Part shown: positions 36,201-44,679 of the stretch, piece after piece
How the letters are laid out: the number at the start of each line of letters is the position of its first letter
Numbering within the stretch: the first letter of the stretch is position 1
NCBI GenBank assembly: GCA_023394035.1
Contig: JAEXBK010000071.1
Span: forward strand, 1-44,679
From: Bacillota bacterium
GTDB lineage: Bacteria; Bacillota; Clostridia; Peptostreptococcales; Anaerovoracaceae
DNA: 44,679 nt
Direction: 5' to 3'
Position numbers and translations under genes: made by a program
Notes under the pieces: generated by a model
Databases searched by the model: none
What the model was told of the DNA's origin: nothing
What the model saw: the letters and a program-made list of their open reading frames with translations, nothing else

Positions 36201-37058
36201 GTCTGTTATCAATATCTGTATTATTTTTGTGCCTTTTTTTGTTGTGCGTGCATCAAGCCCGAAAACTATGCCCGAAACTACGACATCGCCAAGCTCAGGC
36301 GATATATCTCCGTATTTTGCAGGAGTGCCCGTTATAGGCTTCTCTCCCATTATAATGTTTCCTTTGGCAGGAGCATTCTTTGCCCGACGCTTTGTAACAA
36401 ATTCGCTGCGTCCCGTCTTAAACGGCACGTCATCCGAAGCCTTTTCCGCGGCTGCCCTTCCCTTGTTTTTTGATGCCATCTCCGCTTTGGCTTTAGATAT
36501 TCTTTCGAGTTCGGCATCCGATGCCTTAAGGAGATTTTTTTTAGCATCGTTCAGCTTATTCTCGTCGTTTTCAAATATAACCTTTGCCGATATACCAAGC
36601 TCCGCATTTATCATTTCCGAGATTTTGGACGCCGCTTTCTTGTTCAGCTCCCTGCTCGGGATAGAGCCTACCGTCGGAATTATGATGCTTCCGTCTCTAA
36701 AGCCTATGCCAGAAAACACGATTGCATCTCCGCTTCCCGATATATCCGTGCTTAGTCGTTTTGCTATTTTAGGTATAAGAACACGGACTGCCTCTTCGTC
36801 AGTCATCTCAAGGTCACCGTAAATATATGAAAATTCAACACCGCTTAGTGTCGGTATATCCGCCCTTAGGACGGATGATATTTTTTCTTCACAGTCGCTT
36901 GGAATCACAAAATTAAGGCTTATAGTCAGGAGAAGCACATTTCTTTTTGCCAGAACGACCGCATCCTTAACTTCAGCCCTATAATTACCGCTGCCACTTA
37001 TTCCGAATTTTTCCCACTGTATCTTTTCCGTAAAGTCTCTAATCAGTTCATTCATCAA
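33234..37058 (-). CDS. polC: DNA polymerase III PolC lacking the inserted 3'-5' exonuclease domain
   Basis: PolC N-terminal domain, OB fold, PHP (ELHCHT, TDHG), GSRGSVGSS, zinc finger CPDC..CPVC, PDIDLNF, TTGQHPGG and KLDILGH; 1274 aa. Confidence 0.96.
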   Translation of the reverse strand: MMNELIRDFTEKIQWEKFGISGSGNYRAEVKDAVVLAKRNVLLLTISLNFVIPSDCEEKISSVLRADIPTLSGVEFSYIYGDLEMTDEEAVRVLIPKIAKRLSTDISGSGDAIVFSGIGFRDGSIIIPTVGSIPSRELNKKAASKISEMINAELGISAKVIFENDENKLNDAKKNLLKASDAELERISKAKAEMASKNKGRAAAEKASDDVPFKTGRSEFVTKRRAKNAPAKGNIIMGEKPITGTPAKYGDISPELGDVVVSGIVFGLDARTTKKGTKIIQILITDRSDSMCLKSFVSEEKWQEITENIRQGDFIKAKGSVEWDRFENEMIIMIDGIEKSSLPKRTDTVQGDKRVELHCHTTMSSMDGLNDVSTLVKTAVSWGQKAIAITDHGVVQSFPDAAKAVKKLQGKDEEPPLKLIYGMEGYLLDDADCIQEDGSIDYKKKPTFHIILLAATQEGLKNLYKLVSMSHLNYFYKKPRLPRSVIDAHREGLIIGSACEAGEVYQAVLHGAADEELDKVASYYDYLEIQPLINNRFMIEHGMVKSEDDLKAFNKRIIESGNRIGRPTVATTDSHYTDPEDAIYRNVIMAGMGYKDAENGRGLYMRTTNEMLDEFSYLGEELAKKVVIENTNKIADMISSDILPVPKGKFPPHIEGAETNLRESCMNKAHEIYGEPLPQEIAERLEKELNSIIGNGYSVMYVSAQMLVKKSLEDGYLVGSRGSVGSSLAATMAGITEVNPLDPHYVCPDCKHLEWGDMQVYDCGVDMPIKNCPVCGAEMKRDGFTIPFATFLGFNGDKEPDIDLNFAGEYQSTAHKYVGKIFGEDKVFKAGTVSTIQEKTAFGYARKFCEERNIPVSKFEVERLKQGCGGVKRTTGQHPGGIVILPEDHEIYEFCPVQHPANDSSSDIITTHFDYHKIDENLLKLDILGHNVPSMIRQLQDMTGVDPLNIDLTDRKVLSIFNGIEALAVKDEDYKFTHGTYAIPEFGTPFVRQMLDDIKPERFADLVRISGFSHGTDVWRNNAQDYILSGTATMREVISTRDDIMNYLILKGIENKTSFQIMEDVRKNRPLKEEQLKVMKEHDVPDWYIDSCIKIQYMFPRAHAVAYTMMSFRMAWYKVYYPKEFYATYFTSVAADFDANTILRGKDSCMDTIKDIIARGDNATPKEQNRVFVYEVAYEMYSRGFEFMKPKLGISSALKFGVEDGRVILPFGALEGVGEAAATALASAFSEKPFDTVEDAITRAKLNKTAVEALREQGIFDGLPETDQLSFFSM

Positions 37059-38114
37059 CTATCGCCCTTCGTTCTCTCTGATTACGGCAAAAAGCTCGTC
37101 AACGAGTTTATCCTCGCTCACCGTCTTTACCACCTGACCTGCAGCAAAAATAACACCTTTGCCGTTACCGCCTGCTATACCGTAATCAGCTCCGCCTGCT
37201 TCCCCCGGTCCGTTTACAACGCAGCCCATTACCGCAAGCTTGATGCCAGGTCTCAATTCTTCTTTTTCAATTCTGCGTTCAACCTCTCCCGCAAGCTTCT
37301 CGAGATCTATCATAGTACGTCCGCATGTCGGACATGAAACTATATCGTATTTAGGTTCCCTCAGCCCTATTGTTTCAAGTATCTCACGCGCAAAATAAAC
37401 TTCCTCGACAGGATCTGCTGTAAGTGACACTCTCATCGTATCGCCTATACCTAAAAGAAGCAGCGAACCTATCCCTACCGCTGATTTAACCTTGCCGCGT
37501 CTCATTGTTCCGGCTTCTGTTATTCCTATATGAATCGGGTGCTCCGTCTTTGCCGCAACGAGCTTATGCGCCTCAAAATTCATTCTTACGTCCGAGGACT
37601 TAAGCGATATGACAAGATCATCAAAGCCCATATTCTCGATAATCTCAAGGTTCCTTAGGGCGCTTTCGCAGAGACCCTCTGCCGTCACTCCGCCGTTTCT
37701 GTTTAGTATATCTTTTTCGAGGGAGCCGGAATTAACACCGACCCTTATAGGAATGCCCGCATCCTTTGCCGCTTTTACGACTTCCCTTACGCGGTCATTT
37801 CCTCCTATATTTCCCGGATTTATTCTTATTTTGTCCGCTCCCGCCTTGATAGCGAGCAGTGCCATTTTATAGTCGAAATGTATATCGGCAATCAGCGGAA
37901 TATCAAGACTCTTCCTTACCTTGGCAAAGGTTTCGACAGCCTCTGCATCCGGCACCGTTAGCCTTACGGCATCGCAACCTGCATTTTTCAGCTTTGTCGC
38001 CTGTTCTATAAGACCTGCCGCGTCATGAGGATCACGGTTCGCCATCGACTGTATCGATATAGGTGCTCCGCCGCCTATTTGGATATTTCCGACTTTTACT
38101 GATTTTTTACTCAT
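37059..38114 (-). CDS. ispG: HMBPP synthase IspG (GcpE)
   Basis: IQSM, ADIHFD, RINPGNIG, IRVGVNSGSL, SCPTCGRT and AVMGCVVNGPGE. Confidence 0.97.
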   Translation of the reverse strand: MSKKSVKVGNIQIGGGAPISIQSMANRDPHDAAGLIEQATKLKNAGCDAVRLTVPDAEAVETFAKVRKSLDIPLIADIHFDYKMALLAIKAGADKIRINPGNIGGNDRVREVVKAAKDAGIPIRVGVNSGSLEKDILNRNGGVTAEGLCESALRNLEIIENMGFDDLVISLKSSDVRMNFEAHKLVAAKTEHPIHIGITEAGTMRRGKVKSAVGIGSLLLLGIGDTMRVSLTADPVEEVYFAREILETIGLREPKYDIVSCPTCGRTMIDLEKLAGEVERRIEKEELRPGIKLAVMGCVVNGPGEAGGADYGIAGGNGKGVIFAAGQVVKTVSEDKLVDELFAVIRENEGR

Positions 38115-39121
38115 TTTATCAACCTCAAAATATCGTTTCCTGTTACGATTACCGCAAGCACTATCAAAAGCATCATGCCTATCGCATGTACCCTCGCCTC
38201 AGTCTTATCGCTTATCGCTTTTCCTGTTATCTTTCGTATAATCACAAAAATTATTCGTCCGCCGTCAAGCGCAGGAAGAGGCAGGAGATTGAAAAGCGCG
38301 AGGTTAACGCTTATAAGTGCAACTATATAAGTGTAGAATAAAAAGCCGTACTGCACGGAATCATCAACTATTTTTACTACGCCGACAGGTCCTGATACCT
38401 GATTCAGAACATCCCCCGAAGCAAACATCTGTCTTATCGAAGTGAACATCGCACCGAACAGCTTGAACGTGCCTGTTATGCCCGTTCCGGCAGCCTTAAA
38501 GACATTATGAGAAACCTTGGAATGTATCCCTATAATATATCTGCCGTCATCTCCTTTTTGCGGAGTCACCTCAAAGGTTTTTGTTTCTCCGTCTCTGTCT
38601 ACGGTTATCGACAGTAGCGTTTCTTCGTTGATATTGCCGGCAAATGCATTAGTAACATCGACCCACGAATTTATTTCCGAGTCGTTTATTTTTGTTATTC
38701 TGTCGCCTGCCATAATGCCTGCAGAAAAAGCCGGACCGTTTTCGGTAACCTTCTCGATGCTGTTTGTCGGCATTCCTCCTACGCCTGCGAGAATCGTAAG
38801 CGCAATCATCGCGATAAGAATATTCATGCCGGCACCGGCCACAAGTATTATTATCTTCTGCCACCATTTTTTGTTGTTAAAAGCCCTCGGGTTATCCTCG
38901 GATTCCTCTGTATCCTCGCCTTCCATTGCACAAAATCCGCCTATCGGAACGAGTCTTACGGAATATGTCGTTTCGCCTCTTTGCTTTTTGAGGAGCTTAG
39001 GTCCCATTCCGAATGCAAATTCGTTGACCTGTACTCCGCATGCTTTGGCTGCAATAAAGTGTCCAAGCTCATGGGGAAATATAAGTAATACAAAAAGTAA
39101 TATAACAAGCGCTGCGGTCAT
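38111..39121 (-). CDS. rseP: RIP metalloprotease RseP/RasP (M50)
   Basis: HELGH, FAFGMGP, PIGGF, PDZ domain and NLLPLPALDGG. Confidence 0.95.
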   Translation of the reverse strand: MTAALVILLFVLLIFPHELGHFIAAKACGVQVNEFAFGMGPKLLKKQRGETTYSVRLVPIGGFCAMEGEDTEESEDNPRAFNNKKWWQKIIILVAGAGMNILIAMIALTILAGVGGMPTNSIEKVTENGPAFSAGIMAGDRITKINDSEINSWVDVTNAFAGNINEETLLSITVDRDGETKTFEVTPQKGDDGRYIIGIHSKVSHNVFKAAGTGITGTFKLFGAMFTSIRQMFASGDVLNQVSGPVGVVKIVDDSVQYGFLFYTYIVALISVNLALFNLLPLPALDGGRIIFVIIRKITGKAISDKTEARVHAIGMMLLIVLAVIVTGNDILRLIK

Positions 39122-39129
39122 CTTCTCTC

Positions 39130-40296
39130 CTAAATAAAATACTTTGATATTAATGAATATGTTTTTGCTCTTGCTTCCGCATCGGCATTCGCTATAGCCT
39201 CCGCATCCGTTCCTGAAAGCGGATCATGATCTGCAAGCACTTCTTTTATGAGTGCGGGTATATCGGTAAAGCCTATCTGCCTGTTCAAAAATGCCTCTAC
39301 GAGCACTTCATTTGCCGCATTCATAACAGCAGGATACGTCTTTCCTTTTCTTATAGATTCAATTGCGATATGAAGACACTCGAACACATCCATATCCGGT
39401 TTTTCGAAGGTGAGCGGACCGCACGAGAAAAGGTCAAGTGCTTCTCCTTTATATGTAAGCCTGTCCGGATATCCGAGCGCTACGCTTATAGGTATTCGCA
39501 TGTCGGGGATTCCAAGCTGTGCAATTACAGCCGTATCGTCAAATTCAACTGCCGAATGTATTATGCTCTGAGGATGAACTACAACCTCTATATCCTCAGG
39601 ATCTACATCAAAAAGCCATTTAGCCTCTATGAGCTCAAGCCCTTTGTTCATCAAAGTTGAAGAATCTATCGTAATCTTTTGTCCCATCGTCCAGTTCGGA
39701 TGCTTGAGCGCCTGCTCAGGCTTAATTTCCTTTAGCTGTCCTTTGCTATATCCTCTGAACGGGCCGCCTGAGGCTGTTAGGATTATCTTTTTTATGTGCT
39801 TGCCTTCGTTTCCCTGAAGACACTGGAATATAGCACTGTGCTCGCTGTCTACCGGAAGAAGCCTGACTCCGTTTGCTTTTACGGCATTCATAACAGCCTC
39901 TCCTCCCGCAACAAGAGTTTCCTTGTTTGCAAGCGCAACATCAGTACCGTTTTTTATTGCTGCAAGAGTCGGCATCATGCCCCTCATCCCCATCAGGGAA
40001 TTGAGGACCATATCACACTCTGATAGCGCAGCCTCAATTAAGCCTTCCGCTCCGTGCAAAACCTTCGTTTTTCTCAAATGAGTGCCGTGAAATATCTCTT
40101 TTAGCCGCTCGCTTCCTTCCTTTGTTTCCGTAACCACAAGCTCAGGGCAAAACTCCGCCGCCTGCTTTGCTATCAGCTCTATGTTCTTGCCGCATGTAAG
40201 TGCTCCTACGCAAAAGCGGTCGTTATTCTCTCTTATGACATCAAGTGCCTGCGTACCTATCGATCCTGTACTTCCGAGAATATTGATCTTCTTCAT
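39130..40296 (-). CDS. dxr: 1-deoxy-D-xylulose-5-phosphate reductoisomerase
   Basis: GSTGSIG, LANKE, PVDSEHSA, TASGGPF, HPNW and NAANE. Confidence 0.98.
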   Translation of the reverse strand: MKKINILGSTGSIGTQALDVIRENNDRFCVGALTCGKNIELIAKQAAEFCPELVVTETKEGSERLKEIFHGTHLRKTKVLHGAEGLIEAALSECDMVLNSLMGMRGMMPTLAAIKNGTDVALANKETLVAGGEAVMNAVKANGVRLLPVDSEHSAIFQCLQGNEGKHIKKIILTASGGPFRGYSKGQLKEIKPEQALKHPNWTMGQKITIDSSTLMNKGLELIEAKWLFDVDPEDIEVVVHPQSIIHSAVEFDDTAVIAQLGIPDMRIPISVALGYPDRLTYKGEALDLFSCGPLTFEKPDMDVFECLHIAIESIRKGKTYPAVMNAANEVLVEAFLNRQIGFTDIPALIKEVLADHDPLSGTDAEAIANADAEARAKTYSLISKYFI

Positions 40297-40307
40297 TTAA
40301 GTTTCCT

Positions 40308-41096
40308 CTAATTCATCAGTATGAATTTGATGTAATAATATATTACGGGTGCCGTGAAAAGAACACTGTCAAATCTGTCCATAATTCCACCGTGTCCCGG
40401 TATCAGATTTCCGTAATCCTTTATACCCATTTTTCTCTTATATGCCGACGCTGTCAAATCTCCGAGTGCGGAGAATATTGCTGCAACAAATGTTGCAATT
40501 ATGCAGTGTATCAAAAGCGATCTCGCAAAGAAAAGTCCGAATACAAGTCCGAGCACCAGAGCTCCTGTAAGACCGCCTATCGCACCCTCAATCGTCTTTT
40601 TAGGGGAAAGGTGCGGACAAAGCTTGCGCTTTCCGAAGAAATATCCGGTAAAATATGCGAATATGTCAGCTCCGAATGCCGATAAAAATATAAGCCATAC
40701 CATTATCGAATATTCGCCCGTTTCCGAAACGAGAACAACATGAAACGAGAAGAATATCACATATACTATCCCCGTTATTGTAGCAAGTGCATCCTCCGCC
40801 TTATGCTTATCTATATCAAATATATAAAATGAGCTTGCCATCACTGATAATACGACCCAGGCCGTTATATAATCATGGCGCAGAGGGAAAATCAGGTTCA
40901 GCATATAAAGTGCGACAAGTGCGGCATAAGCAACAATGCGTGCCGGTCTTATCTTCATTGCCTCAAAGCCGCTGAAAAGCTCGTGAATCCCTATTCCACC
41001 GATGATGAAGCAGCCTGCCATAAGCGGGTATCCGCCTAAATATACAAGTATGAAAAGCGGTGCCATTATCAGCCCTGAAATTATCCTTGTTTTCAT
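40308..41096 (-). CDS. cdsA: Phosphatidate cytidylyltransferase
   Basis: DIFAYFTG, SPKKTIEG and KDYGNLIPGHGGIMDRFDS. ATG at 41096. Confidence 0.95.
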   Translation of the reverse strand: MKTRIISGLIMAPLFILVYLGGYPLMAGCFIIGGIGIHELFSGFEAMKIRPARIVAYAALVALYMLNLIFPLRHDYITAWVVLSVMASSFYIFDIDKHKAEDALATITGIVYVIFFSFHVVLVSETGEYSIMVWLIFLSAFGADIFAYFTGYFFGKRKLCPHLSPKKTIEGAIGGLTGALVLGLVFGLFFARSLLIHCIIATFVAAIFSALGDLTASAYKRKMGIKDYGNLIPGHGGIMDRFDSVLFTAPVIYYYIKFILMN

Positions 41097-41107
41097 AAAT
41101 TTACCTT

Positions 41108-41821
41108 TTATCTGCCGCCGAAACGACGTTCCCTTCCGCAAAATTCCGCTATAAGTTCCTTAAACATCTCAGGTGTGAAGTCAGGCCAAAGCTCATCCGT
41201 AAATGCAAATTCGCTGTAAGCGCTCTGCCACAACAGAAAATTCGAGAGACGCTGTTCTCCGCTTGTTCTGATGATAAGATCTGGATCCGGGACATTTCCG
41301 TTTTCTTCACCTGTATAAAGAGCTCTTGAAATATCCTGATCCGTTATCTCCGGATCGCCGTCTTTTCTTTCGGCTATTATCCTGTTTACAGCCCTTACAA
41401 TCTCGGCTCTGCTACCGTAATTCAAAGCAATATTAAACTGCAGTCCCGTATTGTTTTCCGTAAGCGCTATAGTCTTGTCAAGGCTTTCCTTGGCAGCCTC
41501 CGGAATAACATCATATTCGCCAAGTACCCTGACCCTTACGTTTTTCTCGTGAAGCTCTGCAAGATCCGAAGCGACGTATTTTACGAGGAGCTTGAATATA
41601 CCGCCGACCTCTTCGATGGAGCGCTTCCAGTTTTCTGTTGAAAAGGCGTAGACGGTCAAATACTTTATACCCATATCGGAAGCCGTTCTGACTATTTCTT
41701 TCATGGCCTCCATTCCGGCATTATGCCCTGCTACGCGCGGCAAAAACCTTTTCTTTGCCCATCTTCCGTTTCCGTCCATAATTACTGCAACGTGAACCGG
41801 CATGTTTATCTTATCTGTCAT
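41108..41821 (-). CDS. uppS: Undecaprenyl diphosphate synthase
   Basis: HVAVIMDGNGRWA, YAFSTENWKR and IRTSGEQRLSNFLLWQ. Confidence 0.97.
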   Translation of the reverse strand: MTDKINMPVHVAVIMDGNGRWAKKRFLPRVAGHNAGMEAMKEIVRTASDMGIKYLTVYAFSTENWKRSIEEVGGIFKLLVKYVASDLAELHEKNVRVRVLGEYDVIPEAAKESLDKTIALTENNTGLQFNIALNYGSRAEIVRAVNRIIAERKDGDPEITDQDISRALYTGEENGNVPDPDLIIRTSGEQRLSNFLLWQSAYSEFAFTDELWPDFTPEMFKELIAEFCGRERRFGGR

Positions 41822-41839
41822 TATTTCGCCTCATAATAT

Positions 41840-41869
41840 CGGGCTATTCCGCAGAAGCGAAACAGCCCG
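41840..41869 (-). other. Intergenic stem-loop after frr (no U tract)
   Basis: - strand CGGGCTGTTTCGC-TTCT-GCGGAATAGCCCG pairs fully when G-U is allowed, on the - strand only. Confidence 0.55.
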
Positions 41870-41896
41870 TTGTGTTAATTGTCTGCTCGTCCTTGA

Positions 41897-42445
41897 TCAG
41901 ACTTCCATTATTTCTTTTTCCTTTTCGGAAATCATATTATCGACGACCTTAATTGCATCTTCGACCTTCTTCTGTACGGCATCCAGTTCCTTTGCAAGCT
42001 CGTCTTCGGAGATTTCTCCGTTTTTCTGCTGCTTCTTGAGATTATCGTTAGCTTCACGGCGAAGGTTTCTTATTGCAATCTTCGTTTCCTCACCAAGCTT
42101 CTTCGTTATCTTAGTGAGCTCTACGCGGCGTTCCTCTGTCAGCTGTGGAACTATAAGTCTTACGCATTTGCCATCATTTGAAGGAGCTATTCCAAGGTCG
42201 GCCTTGTTGATTGCTTTTTCGATTTCGGCTATTGATTTCGGATCAAAAGGTGTGATAAGGAGCGAACGCGGATCAGGTGATGAAATATTTGAAAGATTTC
42301 TCAGCGGTGTAGGCGATCCGTAATAGTCTACAAGCACCTTATCGAGCAATGCCGGATTTGCCCTGCCTGCTCTTACTGTATTGAGGTCTTCCTTTAGAAC
42401 CTCATGGCTTTTTTTGACTCTTTCTTCGATACTCTTGCTGCTCAT
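41897..42445 (-). CDS. frr: Ribosome recycling factor
   Basis: RAGRANP, VDYYGSPTPL, PQLTEERR and IRNLRR. Confidence 0.98.
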   Translation of the reverse strand: MSSKSIEERVKKSHEVLKEDLNTVRAGRANPALLDKVLVDYYGSPTPLRNLSNISSPDPRSLLITPFDPKSIAEIEKAINKADLGIAPSNDGKCVRLIVPQLTEERRVELTKITKKLGEETKIAIRNLRREANDNLKKQQKNGEISEDELAKELDAVQKKVEDAIKVVDNMISEKEKEIMEV

Positions 42446-42467
42446 TTTGTTTCCTCCGTGTTTATTC

Positions 42468-43172
42468 TTATCTTATTATAGTTCCAAGCTTTTCTCCGCA
42501 TACAGCCTTCATGATGTTTCCATCCTCGGACAGAGCGAATACGTGTATTGAAATATTGTTATCTCTGCAAAGCGTTGCCGCTGTAAGATCCATTACCTTA
42601 AGATCCTTTTCGAGTACCTCTCTGTGAGTAAGCTCGTCGAACTTTACGGCATTCGGATTCTTATCCGGATCGTCAGAATATACTGCGTCAACATTCTTTG
42701 CAAGAAGTATTATCTCAGCTTCCATTTCCGCAGCTCTGAGTGCCGCGGTTGTATCTGTTGAAAAGAACGGGTTTCCTGTTCCCGCACCGAAGATTACGAC
42801 TTCCTTCTTCTCAAGTCTGCTTATCGCCTTCATCCTTGCATAGGGCTCTGCTATTTCTCGCATTTCTATCGCAGTCTGTACTCTTGCCTTTACATCGTTT
42901 GCCAGAAGTGCCGATTGAAGCGCCATAGCGTTCATACATGTAGCGAGCATTCCGATATAATCGGCTGTAGCTCTGTTCATCGTTCCGCTGCTTCTTCCTC
43001 TCCAGAAGTTGCCTCCGCCGACTACAACGGCTATTTCAACCCCAAGGTCTGCGACCTCTTTTATCTGTTTTGCTACCTTGTCGGTAGTCTTATCGTCGAT
43101 TCCGAATTTCTTTTCTCCGGCAAGCGCCTCTCCGCTGACCTTCAGTAATACGCGCTTATATTTTGGATTCAT
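42468..43172 (-). CDS. pyrH: UMP kinase
   Basis: [29 protein letters not shown] and VMDLTA. Confidence 0.98.
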   Translation of the reverse strand: MNPKYKRVLLKVSGEALAGEKKFGIDDKTTDKVAKQIKEVADLGVEIAVVVGGGNFWRGRSSGTMNRATADYIGMLATCMNAMALQSALLANDVKARVQTAIEMREIAEPYARMKAISRLEKKEVVIFGAGTGNPFFSTDTTAALRAAEMEAEIILLAKNVDAVYSDDPDKNPNAVKFDELTHREVLEKDLKVMDLTAATLCRDNNISIHVFALSEDGNIMKAVCGEKLGTIIR

Positions 43173-43252
43173 ATCAATACTCCTTCTGTTTCGTCTCGAT
43201 CAAGTATTAAAAGTAATTATACCATAAGAGAATAATATTGAAAATGCCAATA

Positions 43253-43286
43253 GAAAAATGGGCACATAATTTCTTATGTGTCCATT
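43253..43286 (-). terminator. Intrinsic terminator after trxB
   Basis: 13-bp inverted repeat AATGGGCACATAA/TTATGTGTCCATT (one mismatch) with a U tract on the - strand. Confidence 0.7.
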
Positions 43287-43301
43287 GATGTTTTTTGATT
43301 G

Positions 43302-44222
43302 CTATGCTTCAAGTGAATTCAGGTATTCGATTGCCTCCATAGCAGCGACAGCACCGTCTGAAGCCGCCGTTACAAGCTGTCTGCGCTGCTTTGCCCTGCA
43401 GTCACCTGCAACAAATACGCCCTTTGTCTTTGTCCTGCAGCTTTCTCCTGAGTTAAAGAAGCCGCCTTCATCAAGCTCCGCAACATCGGCAAAGTCACTG
43501 TTTACAGGTATATGCCCGAATGCGACAAATATTCCGTTGACCTTAAGCTCACGAAGCTCTCCTGTCACCTTATTTCTCACCTTAATGCCTTCGACACGCG
43601 TTTCTCCGACGATTTCTTCAGGAACGGAATCGAGAACAAATTCAACATTCGGCTTTGATGCAAGTCTTTGTACTGTAATCTCATCGCCTCTGAATTTATC
43701 TCTTCTGTGAACGATATATACCTTTTCGGCAAGGGATGAAAGATACTCGGCATCTTCAAGCGCAGTATTTCCTCCACCCATGACCGCAACGGTAAGTCCC
43801 TGATAAAATGCTCCGTCACATGTTGCGCAGTATGATATACCTGCACCCTTAAGCTGATCTTCACGGTCAACGCCGAGTGATCTGTTTTTTACTCCTGTAG
43901 CGAGGATTACCGCTTTTGATGTATACTCCTTGCCGCCTGTCGTCTTTATCACAAAAGTATCGTCGGTTTGCTTTTCTACGGAATTGACTTTTGCAAAATC
44001 CATTTCCGCGCCAAGCGCCGACGCCTGATCATACATGCTCTGTGCAAGCTCAAAGCCCGAAATTCTGCCCGTACCCGGATAGTTGTCAACCTCCGGTGTA
44101 TTGATTATCTGTCCGCCGTAGCTCAGCTCATCTACCATCAAAGTCTTCTTTCCGCCTCTGACTGCGTAAATTGCCGACGTCATTCCGGCAGGACCTGCAC
44201 CTATTACTACAACATCATACAT
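43302..44222 (-). CDS. trxB: Thioredoxin reductase
   Basis: GAGPAG, GGQ, NYPG, SYCATCDG, GGGNTA, HRRD, GVFVAGD and QLVTAASDG. Confidence 0.9.
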   Translation of the reverse strand: MYDVVVIGAGPAGMTSAIYAVRGGKKTLMVDELSYGGQIINTPEVDNYPGTGRISGFELAQSMYDQASALGAEMDFAKVNSVEKQTDDTFVIKTTGGKEYTSKAVILATGVKNRSLGVDREDQLKGAGISYCATCDGAFYQGLTVAVMGGGNTALEDAEYLSSLAEKVYIVHRRDKFRGDEITVQRLASKPNVEFVLDSVPEEIVGETRVEGIKVRNKVTGELRELKVNGIFVAFGHIPVNSDFADVAELDEGGFFNSGESCRTKTKGVFVAGDCRAKQRRQLVTAASDGAVAAMEAIEYLNSLEA

Positions 44223-44258
44223 ATTATTTCTCCTTTATGCATTATATTTATCATATTA

Positions 44259-44679
44259 TCATAAGCTTATTATAAGCGGTACGAGTATCGGCACGAGAAG
44301 TGACATTACAAGTCCCGAAATAAACGAATAAACCGCAATGTTTGCATTTGTCGCTTTTTCAACTATAGGAAGACATACATCCATGCCCGCCGCCCCCGGA
44401 AGTGCAGTTGTTTCTATGAACCCGATATACTTTGCAACAGCAGGTATAATCAGTATCGCCAGAAGCTCACGCATAACATTGTGCATGAAGGAAATTGCGC
44501 TCGCCTTGACAAAGCCCGCTTCCATTATTATCCCCGGTGCAAAAGAATACCATCCGAGTCCTGCGCCTACAGCCGCCATTTCTTTTAGGGGCATGTTTAT
44601 TATAAGACCGCTCGCCATTGCGCCAATTAAGCTTGCTATCGTTATCGCAAACGGGAAAATCAGCATTTTGAAGCCAACC
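44259..44679 (-). CDS. Lysine exporter LysO (DUF340) family membrane protein, 5' partial
   Basis: GAGLGWYS, NVMREL, GAAGMDVCLP and FISG motifs. The frame is open to the window edge, so the start lies outside. Confidence 0.85.
   Translation of the reverse strand, partial: VGFKMLIFPFAITIASLIGAMASGLIINMPLKEMAAVGAGLGWYSFAPGIIMEAGFVKASAISFMHNVMRELLAILIIPAVAKYIGFIETTALPGAAGMDVCLPIVEKATNANIAVYSFISGLVMSLLVPILVPLIISL

Noticed and set aside
35893..36822. 309-aa + strand ORF, and similar long antisense ORFs (14376-15053, 21550-22155, 23783-24538, 30956-31597, 38517-39137)
   Set aside because: All lie antisense to well-supported housekeeping genes and have S/F/L/I-rich mirror-frame composition with no recognisable motifs; they are shadow ORFs.

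Overview
A 44.7-kb stretch of core chromosome from a Bacillota (Firmicutes) anaerobe. Gene content and order (polC, rny, L20 leader, bcd-etfBA with a Rex box, MEP pathway) suggest Clostridia, possibly a Peptostreptococcales/Anaerovoracaceae-like lineage; that placement is inference. Almost all genes lie on the - strand. From high to low coordinates: lysO-like (partial), trxB, pyrH-frr-uppS-cdsA-dxr-rseP-ispG-polC, a stand-alone LytTR gene, mscL, rimP-nusA-ylxR-ylxQ-infB-rbfA-nrnA-truB-ribF, L20 leader-infC-rpmI-rplT, coaBC, a small Cys-rich membrane protein, a membrane-anchored trigger-factor paralogue, nrdR-cmk-radC-mreBCD-mrdA-minD, an inverted rodA, rny, iscS-thiI and bcd-etfB-etfA. The only accessory-looking part is the first ~3.1 kb: an ECF sigma/anti-sigma pair, a family-6 DNA glycosylase, mntP, tRNA-Glu(CUC), an AT-rich segment ending in an ISL3-like terminus, and a tnpA-only IS200 element. 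I see no CRISPR, prophage or defence island, and no clearly new multi-gene system. The most notable observations are: (1) a PolC that lacks its internal 3'-5' exonuclease domain but keeps all PHP metal ligands; (2) an IS200 element whose predicted transcript 5' end can pair with its 3' UTR across the ORF; (3) a MinD with no membrane-targeting helix and no adjacent minC/minE, next to an inverted rodA; (4) a trigger factor whose ribosome-binding domain is replaced by a membrane anchor; (5) two divergent promoter pairs with overlapping -10 boxes. All calls come from reading motifs by eye; no searches were run.
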